Shown here one piece after another: positions 8,750-17,909 of a stretch of 41,349 bases of DNA. A program made the position numbers and the translations under genes. Under the pieces are notes generated by a model. The model saw only the letters and a program-made list of their open reading frames with translations, ran no database searches and was not told the origin of the DNA. Position 1 is the first letter of the stretch; every line of letters starts with the position of its first letter. Location: sequence record DRR723986_22372; one strand, 5' to 3'.

Positions 8750-10309
8750 ATGAAAGGTAAAAGCGCATTGATACTTGTGTTCTTACTTTTTTCAATGATC
8801 AAAACCAGCGAGGTTTTTGGTCAGGAAAAATCGTTTTTATCTGATTCAACTTCATTTGTAGATTTTTTAATAAAGCAGGGAGAAATTCCGGGGTTGGAGT
8901 TTAACCTGATAAATGCTGAAACTGGAATAGCTTTGGACAGTTTATTAGACCCTAATTCAAGATTTGGTTTGTTCTCCGAATACGCGAAAGTCTTGACAAT
9001 AAAGGATAGTCTTTTCCAATCTGATTCTGTTCATGCAGAGGTGCAGTTTCTTATATACAAGGAAGCAAATACCTTCCCCGCCTCCCAAGAATACGTGTCG
9101 AACCTTTTGAGGAATAATGACATAGAAATTAAAACTCAGGATACCCTGAGCAGTAAAGACCTAATTTCTCTGGCTTATAGAGAGCAGTATACGCCTTCAA
9201 TTACAGGTACTTATGCGTATTTTGGGGATTTTAAGATTTTTGCTGTCACTGTTATCATGTCCCTCTTCTTTGTTTTTGCATTTTCAATGATTCTCTTCAT
9301 GATAATTTTCAAAGCAAAAAGAAATAGGAGAGAAGTATTATTAGCATCGTATGATGAACAGGTGGTAGGACCACTTTCAGAAATATTATTTGAGAGAAGT
9401 CTAGAAGAATTAGAATCCCTAAGTGATGATGAACTACACCAAAACTTCCCTGAAAAACACTTAAAAAAACAGCTGTATAAACAGGTGCTTGTTGAGCGAA
9501 TATTAGCACTTAACAAGAAGATGAAGGGTGATTTTAAGTTAAAACTTAAAGCACTTTACAAAAGGCTTAAACTGGACAAAGCGACCATAGAAAAGCTCCA
9601 TAGTTCCAAATGGGATACTGTTGTGACAGGATTGGTGGAAGTAAACGAAATGGATTTAAGTGAGGCTTTGAAAGAAGTAAAGAAGCATGTCAATTCTCCT
9701 AATTTCCACATCCGATCCCAGGCGGTAGCTACAGTACTCAATTTATCAGAACATATTGATCTTTCTTTCCTGCGTGATCAGGCTTTTCCGCTTTCACGTT
9801 GGCAGCAGATGAATTATTTGAGGATTATCAAATACCTGCATTCTAATAGAGAGCTGAATATTGAAAATCTATTTGACTCTAAAAATCAAAGCATCAGATT
9901 ATTTGGGTACAAACTAGTTCGTGTGATAGGACGGGTCGATCTTTTAGCACATTTGGATACAAAGTTTGTTTCTGTCACTGATGAAGAAAAAATTGAGATC
10001 ATCAAAACTTTCGAATATTTGGCTGTTCCTAGTCACCAAGAACTAATTAACAGCAGCCTGAAATCCGATAATAATCAGCTGGTGTCAATGGCCGCTCGCG
10101 CGGCAGGAGTAATCGGAGATAAGAATTCTGCAAAGCTAATTTTAGAAATATTAAAATCAGAGCCTGGATTTAGATTGAAAATGATTTTGCTAAAAAGTCT
10201 CCAAGGGTTAGATGCTGAATTGTATTCACAGTTTGTAGCAGAGCATATTTCCCAAGAAAACCAAGCTATTAAAAGCCACCTCTCAGACCCTATTTTGCAA
10301 GATGTATAG
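8750..10309 (+). CDS. Membrane protein with N-terminal exported region, one TM helix and a cytoplasmic HEAT/ARM-like helical repeat region
   Basis: Signal-like N-terminus; TM segment IFAVTVIMSLFFVFAFSMILFMIIF followed by KAKRNRR; helical repeats NFHIRSQAVATV, QSIRLFGYKLVRVIG, LVSMAARAAGVIGD. Its 3' end overlaps the GT2 start by 8 nt. Confidence 0.75.
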   Translation: MKGKSALILVFLLFSMIKTSEVFGQEKSFLSDSTSFVDFLIKQGEIPGLEFNLINAETGIALDSLLDPNSRFGLFSEYAKVLTIKDSLFQSDSVHAEVQFLIYKEANTFPASQEYVSNLLRNNDIEIKTQDTLSSKDLISLAYREQYTPSITGTYAYFGDFKIFAVTVIMSLFFVFAFSMILFMIIFKAKRNRREVLLASYDEQVVGPLSEILFERSLEELESLSDDELHQNFPEKHLKKQLYKQVLVERILALNKKMKGDFKLKLKALYKRLKLDKATIEKLHSSKWDTVVTGLVEVNEMDLSEALKEVKKHVNSPNFHIRSQAVATVLNLSEHIDLSFLRDQAFPLSRWQQMNYLRIIKYLHSNRELNIENLFDSKNQSIRLFGYKLVRVIGRVDLLAHLDTKFVSVTDEEKIEIIKTFEYLAVPSHQELINSSLKSDNNQLVSMAARAAGVIGDKNSAKLILEILKSEPGFRLKMILLKSLQGLDAELYSQFVAEHISQENQAIKSHLSDPILQDV

Positions 10310-11765
10310 TTTCTTATTCTATCTTATATTGGAGATTTGTGGGGTTATATTTTTTCTCCTAAGTTTCTCTGTAATAGTTCTTTATCTACTAATCATGATT
10401 CTTAGTGCCCTAGAAATGAGAGATCATAGAAGGAAGAATAGATTTGCAGATTATCAAGATATTATTACATCACCTATTGCACCCGGAGTATCTATTCTGG
10501 CTCCTGCTTATAATGAAGGCGAGAATATAGTTCAAAACGTCAAAAGTTTGCTTTCGCTGCATTATGGGAAATTTGAAGTGATCATTATCAACGATGGTTC
10601 AAAAGATGATACACTGAGCAAGTTAATTGGGGCTTTTGAATTGGAAATCACTGATTTTGCCTATTTCGAAGAAATTGACACTGCGACTGTTCGGGGAATT
10701 TACAAATCTAAAAACCGCTCATTTAATAGACTTGTAGTCATCGACAAGGAAAATGGTGGGAAAGCTGATGCTTTGAACGCAGGAATTAATGTGTCATCCA
10801 AGGAGATTTTGGCATGTATAGATGTGGATTGCATTCTATCACATGAATCTCTGACGCGTATGGTTCGGCCATTTATGGAAGAAACTAACAGAAAAGTCAT
10901 TGCTGTGGGTGGCGCTATTGGTATTGCTAATAATTGTGATGTGCAAGATGGTACCGTGACCAACTATAGAGTTCCGACTACACTTCTGGGGAGATTCCAA
11001 GTCATAGAATATTGTAGAGCATTTTTGATGGGCAGGATGGCTTGGACTCGAGTGAATGGCTTGATGCTTATTTCTGGAGCTTTCGGGTTTTTCAATAGAG
11101 AATTAGTCGTAGAAGTTGGAGGGTATTTTCCTAAGACAGTTGGCGAAGATATGGAGTTGGTAGTGCGAATGCGACGCTACATGGAGGAACGTAAAATTCC
11201 ATACAAGGTAGGTTTTGTACCAGATCCCCTTTGTTGGACGGAGGTTCCTGAGAAAGAAGAAATCCTATCCAGACAAAGGAATCGTTGGATACGAGGAACA
11301 ATTGAAACCTTGCAATTACATCGGGTAACACGACTAAATCCTAACTATGGAATTATGGGAATGATCTCCTACCCATATTGGAATATCTATGAAAAAATGG
11401 CACCAGTGCTAGAATTACTTGGTGTGCTGTATACGCTTGTATTGATTATAATTGGAGATTTTTCAGCCTTCTATTTTATAGCACTTTTTATCGTTTTGTA
11501 CCTGTTGTCTATTCTCGTTTCATCTTTCAGTATATTATATGAGCAGGTTTCTTACAATAATTACAAGGACAAAAAGGATCTTAATAAACTGCTTTTGACG
11601 ATATTTCTAGAGCCTATGTTTATCCATCCAAAGATTGTCTACTGGGGATTAGGTGGTCATTGGGATTTCATCAAAGGAAAAGGTGGCTGGGGTCAAATGA
11701 TCCGAACAGGCTTCAAAAAATCAGACGACAAAAAGAACATCGAGCCGACCACCCTTAATTCTTAA
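10302..11765 (+). CDS. Processive GT2 polysaccharide synthase (PgaC/IcaA/cellulose-synthase-like)
   Basis: PAYNE, INDGSKD, GGKADALN, DVD (DxD), GED, QRNRW (QxxRW); one N-terminal and several C-terminal TM helices. Confidence 0.92.
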   Translation: MYSFLFYLILEICGVIFFLLSFSVIVLYLLIMILSALEMRDHRRKNRFADYQDIITSPIAPGVSILAPAYNEGENIVQNVKSLLSLHYGKFEVIIINDGSKDDTLSKLIGAFELEITDFAYFEEIDTATVRGIYKSKNRSFNRLVVIDKENGGKADALNAGINVSSKEILACIDVDCILSHESLTRMVRPFMEETNRKVIAVGGAIGIANNCDVQDGTVTNYRVPTTLLGRFQVIEYCRAFLMGRMAWTRVNGLMLISGAFGFFNRELVVEVGGYFPKTVGEDMELVVRMRRYMEERKIPYKVGFVPDPLCWTEVPEKEEILSRQRNRWIRGTIETLQLHRVTRLNPNYGIMGMISYPYWNIYEKMAPVLELLGVLYTLVLIIIGDFSAFYFIALFIVLYLLSILVSSFSILYEQVSYNNYKDKKDLNKLLLTIFLEPMFIHPKIVYWGLGGHWDFIKGKGGWGQMIRTGFKKSDDKKNIEPTTLNS

Positions 11766-11865
11766 ATATGCAATCAAGCCTTTGGAAAAGAAATATCATT
11801 TATGTGAGATGCAATAGCAGCTTCCAAAAGGGCCAGACTGTGATTCATAATAACAACATTACCGC

Positions 11866-13095
11866 ATGAAAAAGGCGCTTATTCTATTATTTTCTTTCAT
11901 GGCTTTTGCTGTCATTACCAAGGCACAGGATTCATTTGATCCCGATGAGTTACTATTGGAGGCCAGAACATTGATTTTGGACGGAAAATATTTAGAAGGT
12001 AGAAAGATTGCTTTTAGAGCACTTGACAAATATCCTGAGTATGCTGATATCCTGATTTTGGTAGGTAGAAGCTATGCTTGGGAAGGTAAAAATGATTCAG
12101 CGTCTATCTATCTGGAACGGGCAATTAGTGCCTCTCCAGGTTATGAGGATGGATATTCTGCTTACTTAGATAATTTGTCTTGGGCTGAACAATATGATAA
12201 AGCAGACATAGTCTTAGGAAAAGCAAGAGAAAATTTGGGTTCTCCACTTCCTGACGGATTGAGGTATAAGGAATCTAGATTACTATACTATAAAGAAGAT
12301 TATAATGAAGCCTACAAAATAGCAGAAGATCTCTTTCAGAAGAAATATAAAAATGAAAGTCTGCTTGATTACCTTCAGACCTTACAGCGTTTGAGAAGAA
12401 ATAATGCAGTAGGGGTCACTTATGACTACGACACATTTGAGGATGAAATTTCGCCGTGGAATACGTTTTCATTTTATGCAAGAACGCAAACGAAATTAAC
12501 CGGAACGCTAATAGGAAGAGTGACGCAGTCTTCCAGATTTGACGATAACGGGACATTATTTGAATTGGATGCTTATCCATCCTTGGGGAAAAAGGCTTAT
12601 GCCTACCTCAATGTAGGAGGGTCTTCAGCAAGTTTCTTCCCAGATTTCCGATTAGGAGCTTCTGTTTATTTCAATCTACCAAAAGCTTGGGAAATTGACG
12701 GGGGATTTCGCTACTTGAAATTTGCGGATCCAACCTATATCTATACAGCTTCACTGGGAAAATATGTGGGGAATTGGTGGTTTAACCTTCGTTCCAACCT
12801 GATCCCCGGCACTGGAAATAGTTTAGGCACCTCTGCCAATTTACAAGCAAGGTATTATTTTAAAACCGGTGAGGACTTTTTCTCCCTACAGCTAAGCTCA
12901 GGTGTATCGCCTGATGAAGAAACGAGAGACCCTACTCAGCTTTTGAACTCCTACAGAGCAAGAATAGGCTACCAGCAATTGATTACAGACCGCTTTATGA
13001 TTTATGGCTTTACGGGATATAGCCGTGATGAATTGGGACCAGATCGGTTTAGAAACAACCTGAATCTTTCATTAGGAATTGAATATAGATTTTAA
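11866..13095 (+). CDS. TPR-containing outer-membrane beta-barrel, YaiO family
   Basis: Signal peptide; N-terminal TPR-like helices (LVGRSYAWEG…ASIYLERAI…PGYED); barrel segment ELDAYPSLGKKAYAYLNVG…FFPDFRLG; C-terminal BAM signal EYRF. Confidence 0.85.
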   Translation: MKKALILLFSFMAFAVITKAQDSFDPDELLLEARTLILDGKYLEGRKIAFRALDKYPEYADILILVGRSYAWEGKNDSASIYLERAISASPGYEDGYSAYLDNLSWAEQYDKADIVLGKARENLGSPLPDGLRYKESRLLYYKEDYNEAYKIAEDLFQKKYKNESLLDYLQTLQRLRRNNAVGVTYDYDTFEDEISPWNTFSFYARTQTKLTGTLIGRVTQSSRFDDNGTLFELDAYPSLGKKAYAYLNVGGSSASFFPDFRLGASVYFNLPKAWEIDGGFRYLKFADPTYIYTASLGKYVGNWWFNLRSNLIPGTGNSLGTSANLQARYYFKTGEDFFSLQLSSGVSPDEETRDPTQLLNSYRARIGYQQLITDRFMIYGFTGYSRDELGPDRFRNNLNLSLGIEYRF

Positions 13096-14285
13096 TGAAA
13101 AAGATATTTACAGAGGAGTCTCTAGTGATGATAAGAAGGATTATTCCTTTTGTTTTCATATTGGTATTTATTCCATTAATCAGTTATTTATTTTGGTTGT
13201 TTTACCCATCAAAACAGCTAGAGATTTTAATAGTAGATAAGACCGTTCCATTAGATAGCTACCAGGAGCATCAGTCAATTTTTTGGACTTTAGAACACAT
13301 GAAGTTTCAAAATTCGGCAGGGGAATTTTATCAAAAGGACAAAGACTATCTTGGTTTTTACCCAGATACCACAGCTTCATTTGGAACTTTCAAAGATCTG
13401 GAGCAACTAACTGAAAAACAGATAGTAAAAAAGGCTAATGATCTTGATGTTTTATTTTATTCGGATACTTATGGAGTATTTGAAAATGATTTCAATAAGG
13501 AAAACGCTGAAGAGTTCTCAAAGAAGATTTATGGTGGGTTAAATCGGGGGGATATCAATTTGCTCCGAGAGGTAGCTGCTCAAAGTAAAACGATCATAGC
13601 GGAATTCAATACCATGGCATCACCAACTCCCGTAGGTATTAGAACAGAGTTTGAGAATTTGATGGGCTTAAAATGGACGGGATGGATCGGGCGATATTTT
13701 GATCAAATGGATACAACAATCAATGAAAATATCCCGAACTGGTTTATTAATCAATACTTAGCCCAACATGAAAATTCCTGGGTTCCTGCAGGCCCTGGAA
13801 TTGTGTTTGTACATGAAAATGGCAGAGTTGAGATTTTTTCAAATGAGGTGGATTATTTTGGGGAAATTCCTAAAATACGAACCCAGCGTCTTAATAAACA
13901 TGGATTCAAGCTTCCGGAAGTGGTGCCTTATCCTGATTGGTTTGACGTAGTTTTGATAGAACGTGATTACCAGGTTATTTCTTATTACGATATAGATCCC
14001 TCTGAAATCGGTAAAGAAAAACTTCGGGAAATGGGGTTGCCAAGGTTTTTCCCTGCTGCAGTTGTTAAAGATGTAGGGAAAGGGCAGTATTACTATTTTT
14101 CAGGTGATTTTTCAGATATGAAAAACTCCATGGGTTCGCCTCGCTTTCAAGGAGTTCCTAGTTTGTGGCGTGGCCTACACATTGTTACGAATTTCAATGA
14201 TCGTGAAAGCTTTTATTGGAATTATTATTATCCACTTCTGTCTCAAGCCCTGACTAAAACTTACAATAAAAAAGGTGTTAACTAG
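13095..14285 (+). CDS. Hypothetical membrane-anchored periplasmic protein
   Basis: 396-aa ORF coupled to the barrel gene (TAATG overlap); single N-terminal TM, then an aromatic-rich soluble domain (DKTVP, EHQSIFW, DTYGV, WTGWIGRYF, YYFSGDF). Confidence 0.8.
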   Translation: MKKIFTEESLVMIRRIIPFVFILVFIPLISYLFWLFYPSKQLEILIVDKTVPLDSYQEHQSIFWTLEHMKFQNSAGEFYQKDKDYLGFYPDTTASFGTFKDLEQLTEKQIVKKANDLDVLFYSDTYGVFENDFNKENAEEFSKKIYGGLNRGDINLLREVAAQSKTIIAEFNTMASPTPVGIRTEFENLMGLKWTGWIGRYFDQMDTTINENIPNWFINQYLAQHENSWVPAGPGIVFVHENGRVEIFSNEVDYFGEIPKIRTQRLNKHGFKLPEVVPYPDWFDVVLIERDYQVISYYDIDPSEIGKEKLREMGLPRFFPAAVVKDVGKGQYYYFSGDFSDMKNSMGSPRFQGVPSLWRGLHIVTNFNDRESFYWNYYYPLLSQALTKTYNKKGVN

Positions 14286-16292
14286 CTATTTTTCAGTCGG
14301 TAATAACTTTCGGGTTTGAGTAGTATAGTTGTTTTTGTTCTTAAAATCCTCGAATTCCCCCGTTAGTTTATTCTTGATGTTTTGGTCATTTATTGGATCT
14401 ATATTTAATCCATCAGTGATTACAAATAGCTGATCATCAGAAAGGAAGTATTCTCCATCCAAAAACTCCATAAGCTGGTTTTTATTTCGCATCAGCGGCA
14501 TTGCAATCCTTGATTGAAAAACCTTAGAAGTGTCTAAAACCTGACCTAACCAGATTTCCTCTTCTGGAAGTTTTAGCTCCACCTGCACATTTAAAAAAGC
14601 CAATAAGGAAGGCGTTATTTCAAAATGGCTAATCATTCCCTTAAAATAAGTTGGTCTATTGATAAGTGGGGAATAAATAATTAATGGAACATGAAAGCGA
14701 TCTAATCTGGACGCCATGGAAATTTCTGGTAACCGGTGATCTCCTGTGAAGACAAAGATGGTATTTGAAAACTCAGGTTTCTTGCTGTAAGCGGTGATAA
14801 AGTCTTTTATGGCATCATCTGCATAAAGTACAGTCATGTAGATGTTTTGATAATCTCTGTATTCTGCCTTTTTAGCTTCTGTAAGATTAAGATAGTTTTC
14901 TAGATGATCTTCAAATTTTTTTGAATAGAATTCCCTCTCAGGCACTAAATAGGGGTCATGTGAGGTGATTGTTTGAAATATCCCCAGCTGAGGATTCTCA
15001 GTTTCTCTTGGGAAGAAGTTGAGACCATTAGTAAAAATTTCCTTGTCACCATAACCCCATGTGAAACCATTTGCAGGTGGCATCTGATTGTATTTTGAGT
15101 CAAAATCGTCAATATCAATTATTTGCGAAACATCAGAGAACTCAAGGAATTCTTTTTGGTGATCAAAATTTACGTCACTACCAATGACGAAAGTGGATTC
15201 ATAACCATTATCATTGAGGACACTAATCAAACTCTCATGATTAGGGAAATCCTCAAATAATTCCTGAAAACCTCTTTCTCCAAAAGGGAGCCCTGCAAAT
15301 ACTCCTGGAAGTACGCCAAATGTTCTACCAGTAGAAGATACAGCGTTAGTCCAGACTAAACTATGGGATTCAAGCGAATCGAGAAAGGGTGTAAAGCTAC
15401 CTAGGTAGGCATCTTTACCAGAATATGCCTTTCCTAAACTTTCTATAAGTACAAAAACGATATCAGGAGCTGAAGTAAGGCTATCAAAATAAGGACTCAA
15501 GACATCAGGATAATCAGCTTGGTGTAAAAAAGGGTAAACAGGATCAGTATATTCTTTCTTTACAAAAAGCGCATCATTAATCGATCTGAGGTAAAAGTCA
15601 AAGTAATATTCATTGGTATACATGAAGTAATCAAATGCCTGCTCCGAGAGGTATTTAGATTTATTCATTTGAATATTAGCCTTGATTTCATCTAAGTTTT
15701 GGGAATCTGATATAGGAATGAAAAAGAACAAAATCAGAAACCAATAGGTGCCTATAGTAAAGCCTGCAGATACCTTGGTACTAAATTGGATATATCTACT
15801 AGCTGAGGAAAAAATGTAAAATATGACAAGGAATGCTATTAATAAGCCCCCAATTGTCCAAGCATTAAGTACTCCAGAGGACCTAACTGTCAAGACAAGG
15901 TCATTTATATTATAGGCAAAAAGATCTTTTCCCAGTGGAACGAACGTCTTGTTGAAGTAGAAAAGTAAGGCTGCTTGAACGAGTAGAGCAGTAACTAACC
16001 ATGAACTGGTAAACCACTTGGCAAACTTAACAGAGATCAAACTATTAATTACATGAAATATTAATAGCAAGCCTAAGAAATAGAGAATCCAAGTAATATC
16101 CTCAAACAAACTGTAGCCTATTACCTCACGAAAACTCACCCGGATCGCATGAGTTTGAAAAACTAATGTTAATTCTGCTACTCTCAACAAAAGCATTAAA
16201 GCGGAGAAAATCAGGGACATACTCCAGAAATTGCTAAGAGTAGTTTGAATTTTTGCAGGAAGGGTTGATCGAATTTCAGCCTTTTGGGCCAT
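14286..16292 (-). CDS. LTA synthase family / alkaline-phosphatase-superfamily membrane phosphotransferase
   Basis: About five N-terminal TM helices, then a sulfatase-like domain: IVFVLIESL, GRT (catalytic Thr position), TSHDPY, YADDA, FTGDH, FHVPLIIYSP. Confidence 0.88.
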   Translation of the reverse strand: MAQKAEIRSTLPAKIQTTLSNFWSMSLIFSALMLLLRVAELTLVFQTHAIRVSFREVIGYSLFEDITWILYFLGLLLIFHVINSLISVKFAKWFTSSWLVTALLVQAALLFYFNKTFVPLGKDLFAYNINDLVLTVRSSGVLNAWTIGGLLIAFLVIFYIFSSASRYIQFSTKVSAGFTIGTYWFLILFFFIPISDSQNLDEIKANIQMNKSKYLSEQAFDYFMYTNEYYFDFYLRSINDALFVKKEYTDPVYPFLHQADYPDVLSPYFDSLTSAPDIVFVLIESLGKAYSGKDAYLGSFTPFLDSLESHSLVWTNAVSSTGRTFGVLPGVFAGLPFGERGFQELFEDFPNHESLISVLNDNGYESTFVIGSDVNFDHQKEFLEFSDVSQIIDIDDFDSKYNQMPPANGFTWGYGDKEIFTNGLNFFPRETENPQLGIFQTITSHDPYLVPEREFYSKKFEDHLENYLNLTEAKKAEYRDYQNIYMTVLYADDAIKDFITAYSKKPEFSNTIFVFTGDHRLPEISMASRLDRFHVPLIIYSPLINRPTYFKGMISHFEITPSLLAFLNVQVELKLPEEEIWLGQVLDTSKVFQSRIAMPLMRNKNQLMEFLDGEYFLSDDQLFVITDGLNIDPINDQNIKNKLTGEFEDFKNKNNYTTQTRKLLPTEK

Positions 16293-16372
16293 ATTTGTGC
16301 GTTAAATTTTTGGGTGAAGACTGAAAAGATAGGGCAAAATCAGGTATCTTCAAGGGGAGAATCAAATATTAT

Positions 16373-16915
16373 ATGGGTAAATCGGGTTTGTTGTTGGAGT
16401 TGTACTCTAATCTTGGTACTACTGGAGCTGTAACATTCAGTTCAAAGACATTAGTAAAAAAAATGCTTACTCATGTTGATTTTAAGGGGGCCAAATTGAT
16501 AATTGAACTAGGTGGCGGTGATGGAAGTATTACTAAGGGAATAGTAAGCAAATTAGCTCCTGATGCCGAACTCTTGGTATTCGAAATAAGCAAGTCGTTC
16601 TGCGAATCTATGGAGAAGGAATTTCCACAGAAAAATGTGAGAATAATTAATGACTCTGCTGAGAATATTGGTAGGTACATAGAAGGGAGGAAAGCGGATT
16701 ATGTGCTTTCAAGCCTACCGTTTAGTTTTTTTAGTCCAGAGTTAAAAGACCAGATTCTTTCTCAGGCAAAAATAAGTCTAAGCCAAAGTGGGCAGTTTAT
16801 TCAGATTTGCTATTCTTATCTTTTGAAGAATTTGTTCAAAAAACATTTCAGCAGCGTGAATACTAGCTTCACCCTTAAAAATATCCCGCCTGCGTTCGTG
16901 ATGGTATGTAATTAA
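16373..16915 (+). CDS. Class I SAM-dependent methyltransferase, phospholipid N-methyltransferase-like
   Basis: TGAVTFSS, IELGGGDG (motif I), NDSAE, VLSSLPF, FIQICY, NIPPAFV. Confidence 0.8.
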   Translation: MGKSGLLLELYSNLGTTGAVTFSSKTLVKKMLTHVDFKGAKLIIELGGGDGSITKGIVSKLAPDAELLVFEISKSFCESMEKEFPQKNVRIINDSAENIGRYIEGRKADYVLSSLPFSFFSPELKDQILSQAKISLSQSGQFIQICYSYLLKNLFKKHFSSVNTSFTLKNIPPAFVMVCN

Positions 16916-16924
16916 ATCTTTACA

Positions 16925-17164
16925 ATGGAAGTTCTCAGAACAGCCATATTGGATATGCTCAGGAGAAAAAAGGATGATATTTTCAGCTCTTCTGAAGTTG
17001 TAAAACAAATGTATCCCGAGGATTGGGATCAATTTTTACCTGAAATCAATAAGGAAGCCATGGCATTGCATAGAGAAGGACTTCTTAATGTCTGCGATGC
17101 AGAGAAATATTCAGAGGCTGATTTGATAACGGAAGCTGAGCTTAAAATATCGCGCATTAAATAA
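16925..17164 (+). CDS. Small winged-helix-like protein (DUF3253-like)
   Basis: 79 aa between co-oriented genes; pattern ILDML…SEVVK…EDW…PEI…A.AL..EGLL. Confidence 0.6.
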   Translation: MEVLRTAILDMLRRKKDDIFSSSEVVKQMYPEDWDQFLPEINKEAMALHREGLLNVCDAEKYSEADLITEAELKISRIK

Positions 17165-17201
17165 TTTTGGGAAGCTTCTCCTTTTGCGTCTTCCGAAAAG
17201 A

Positions 17202-17780
17202 ATGAAAAATACATTGAAGCTGCCTACCACAGAAATTGATATTCCCGAAGGCTTGGATTTAGTCACCCTTGGAGCGGGCTGTTTTTGGTGTACTGAAGCA
17301 GTATTTCAGAGGTTGAGAGGAGTTCACAAGGTAGTTTCAGGTTATTCTGGAGGAATAATTGAAAATCCATCTTACGCCTCTATTTGCAGCGGGACTACTG
17401 GGCATGCAGAAGTAATTCAGGTTTATTTTGATCCTGGACTAATTAGCCTGAAAGAGCTTTTAGAGGTTTTTTGGGCCACACATGATCCTACGACCTTGAA
17501 TAGACAAGGTGGTGACGTAGGCCCTCAATATAGATCTTGTATTTTCTGGCATTTTCCTGAGCAGGAGCAATTGGCGAAGGACATCAAGAGTCAATTAAAT
17601 GATAATAAGGTATTTGATAGTCCAATTCTGACAGTGATTACTGCATTTACTAACTTTTACCCAGCTGAAAATTATCTTCAGGAATACTACAATCGTAATG
17701 GGACTCAACCGTATTGTCAGTTTGTGATTCAACCAAAAGTGGACAAGCTGAATAAAATTTATACCGAGCTCTTAAAATAG
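17202..17780 (+). CDS. msrA: Peptide-methionine (S)-S-oxide reductase
   Basis: GAGCFWC, GYSGG, TGHAE, HDPTTLNRQG.DVGPQYRS, FYPAE.Y.Q.YY, PYC. ATG 17202 preferred over TTG 17184. Confidence 0.95.
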   Translation: MKNTLKLPTTEIDIPEGLDLVTLGAGCFWCTEAVFQRLRGVHKVVSGYSGGIIENPSYASICSGTTGHAEVIQVYFDPGLISLKELLEVFWATHDPTTLNRQGGDVGPQYRSCIFWHFPEQEQLAKDIKSQLNDNKVFDSPILTVITAFTNFYPAENYLQEYYNRNGTQPYCQFVIQPKVDKLNKIYTELLK

Positions 17781-17787
17781 TATTTAC

Positions 17788-17795
17788 TATTTTTG
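17788..17795 (+). promoter_or_regulatory. Candidate -7 promoter element for the 17910 gene
   Basis: TATTTTTG (TAnnTTTG) just after the msrA stop. Confidence 0.45.
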
Positions 17796-17909
17796 CCTTG
17801 CAAAACCCATTTGCACTTGTGAAATCGAGCATATCGTGAGCGATATTTTGATGGATAATTATCCTAAAAGCGAGATTCCATGTGGCCAATTTAAAGAATT
17901 TATAAGCAC

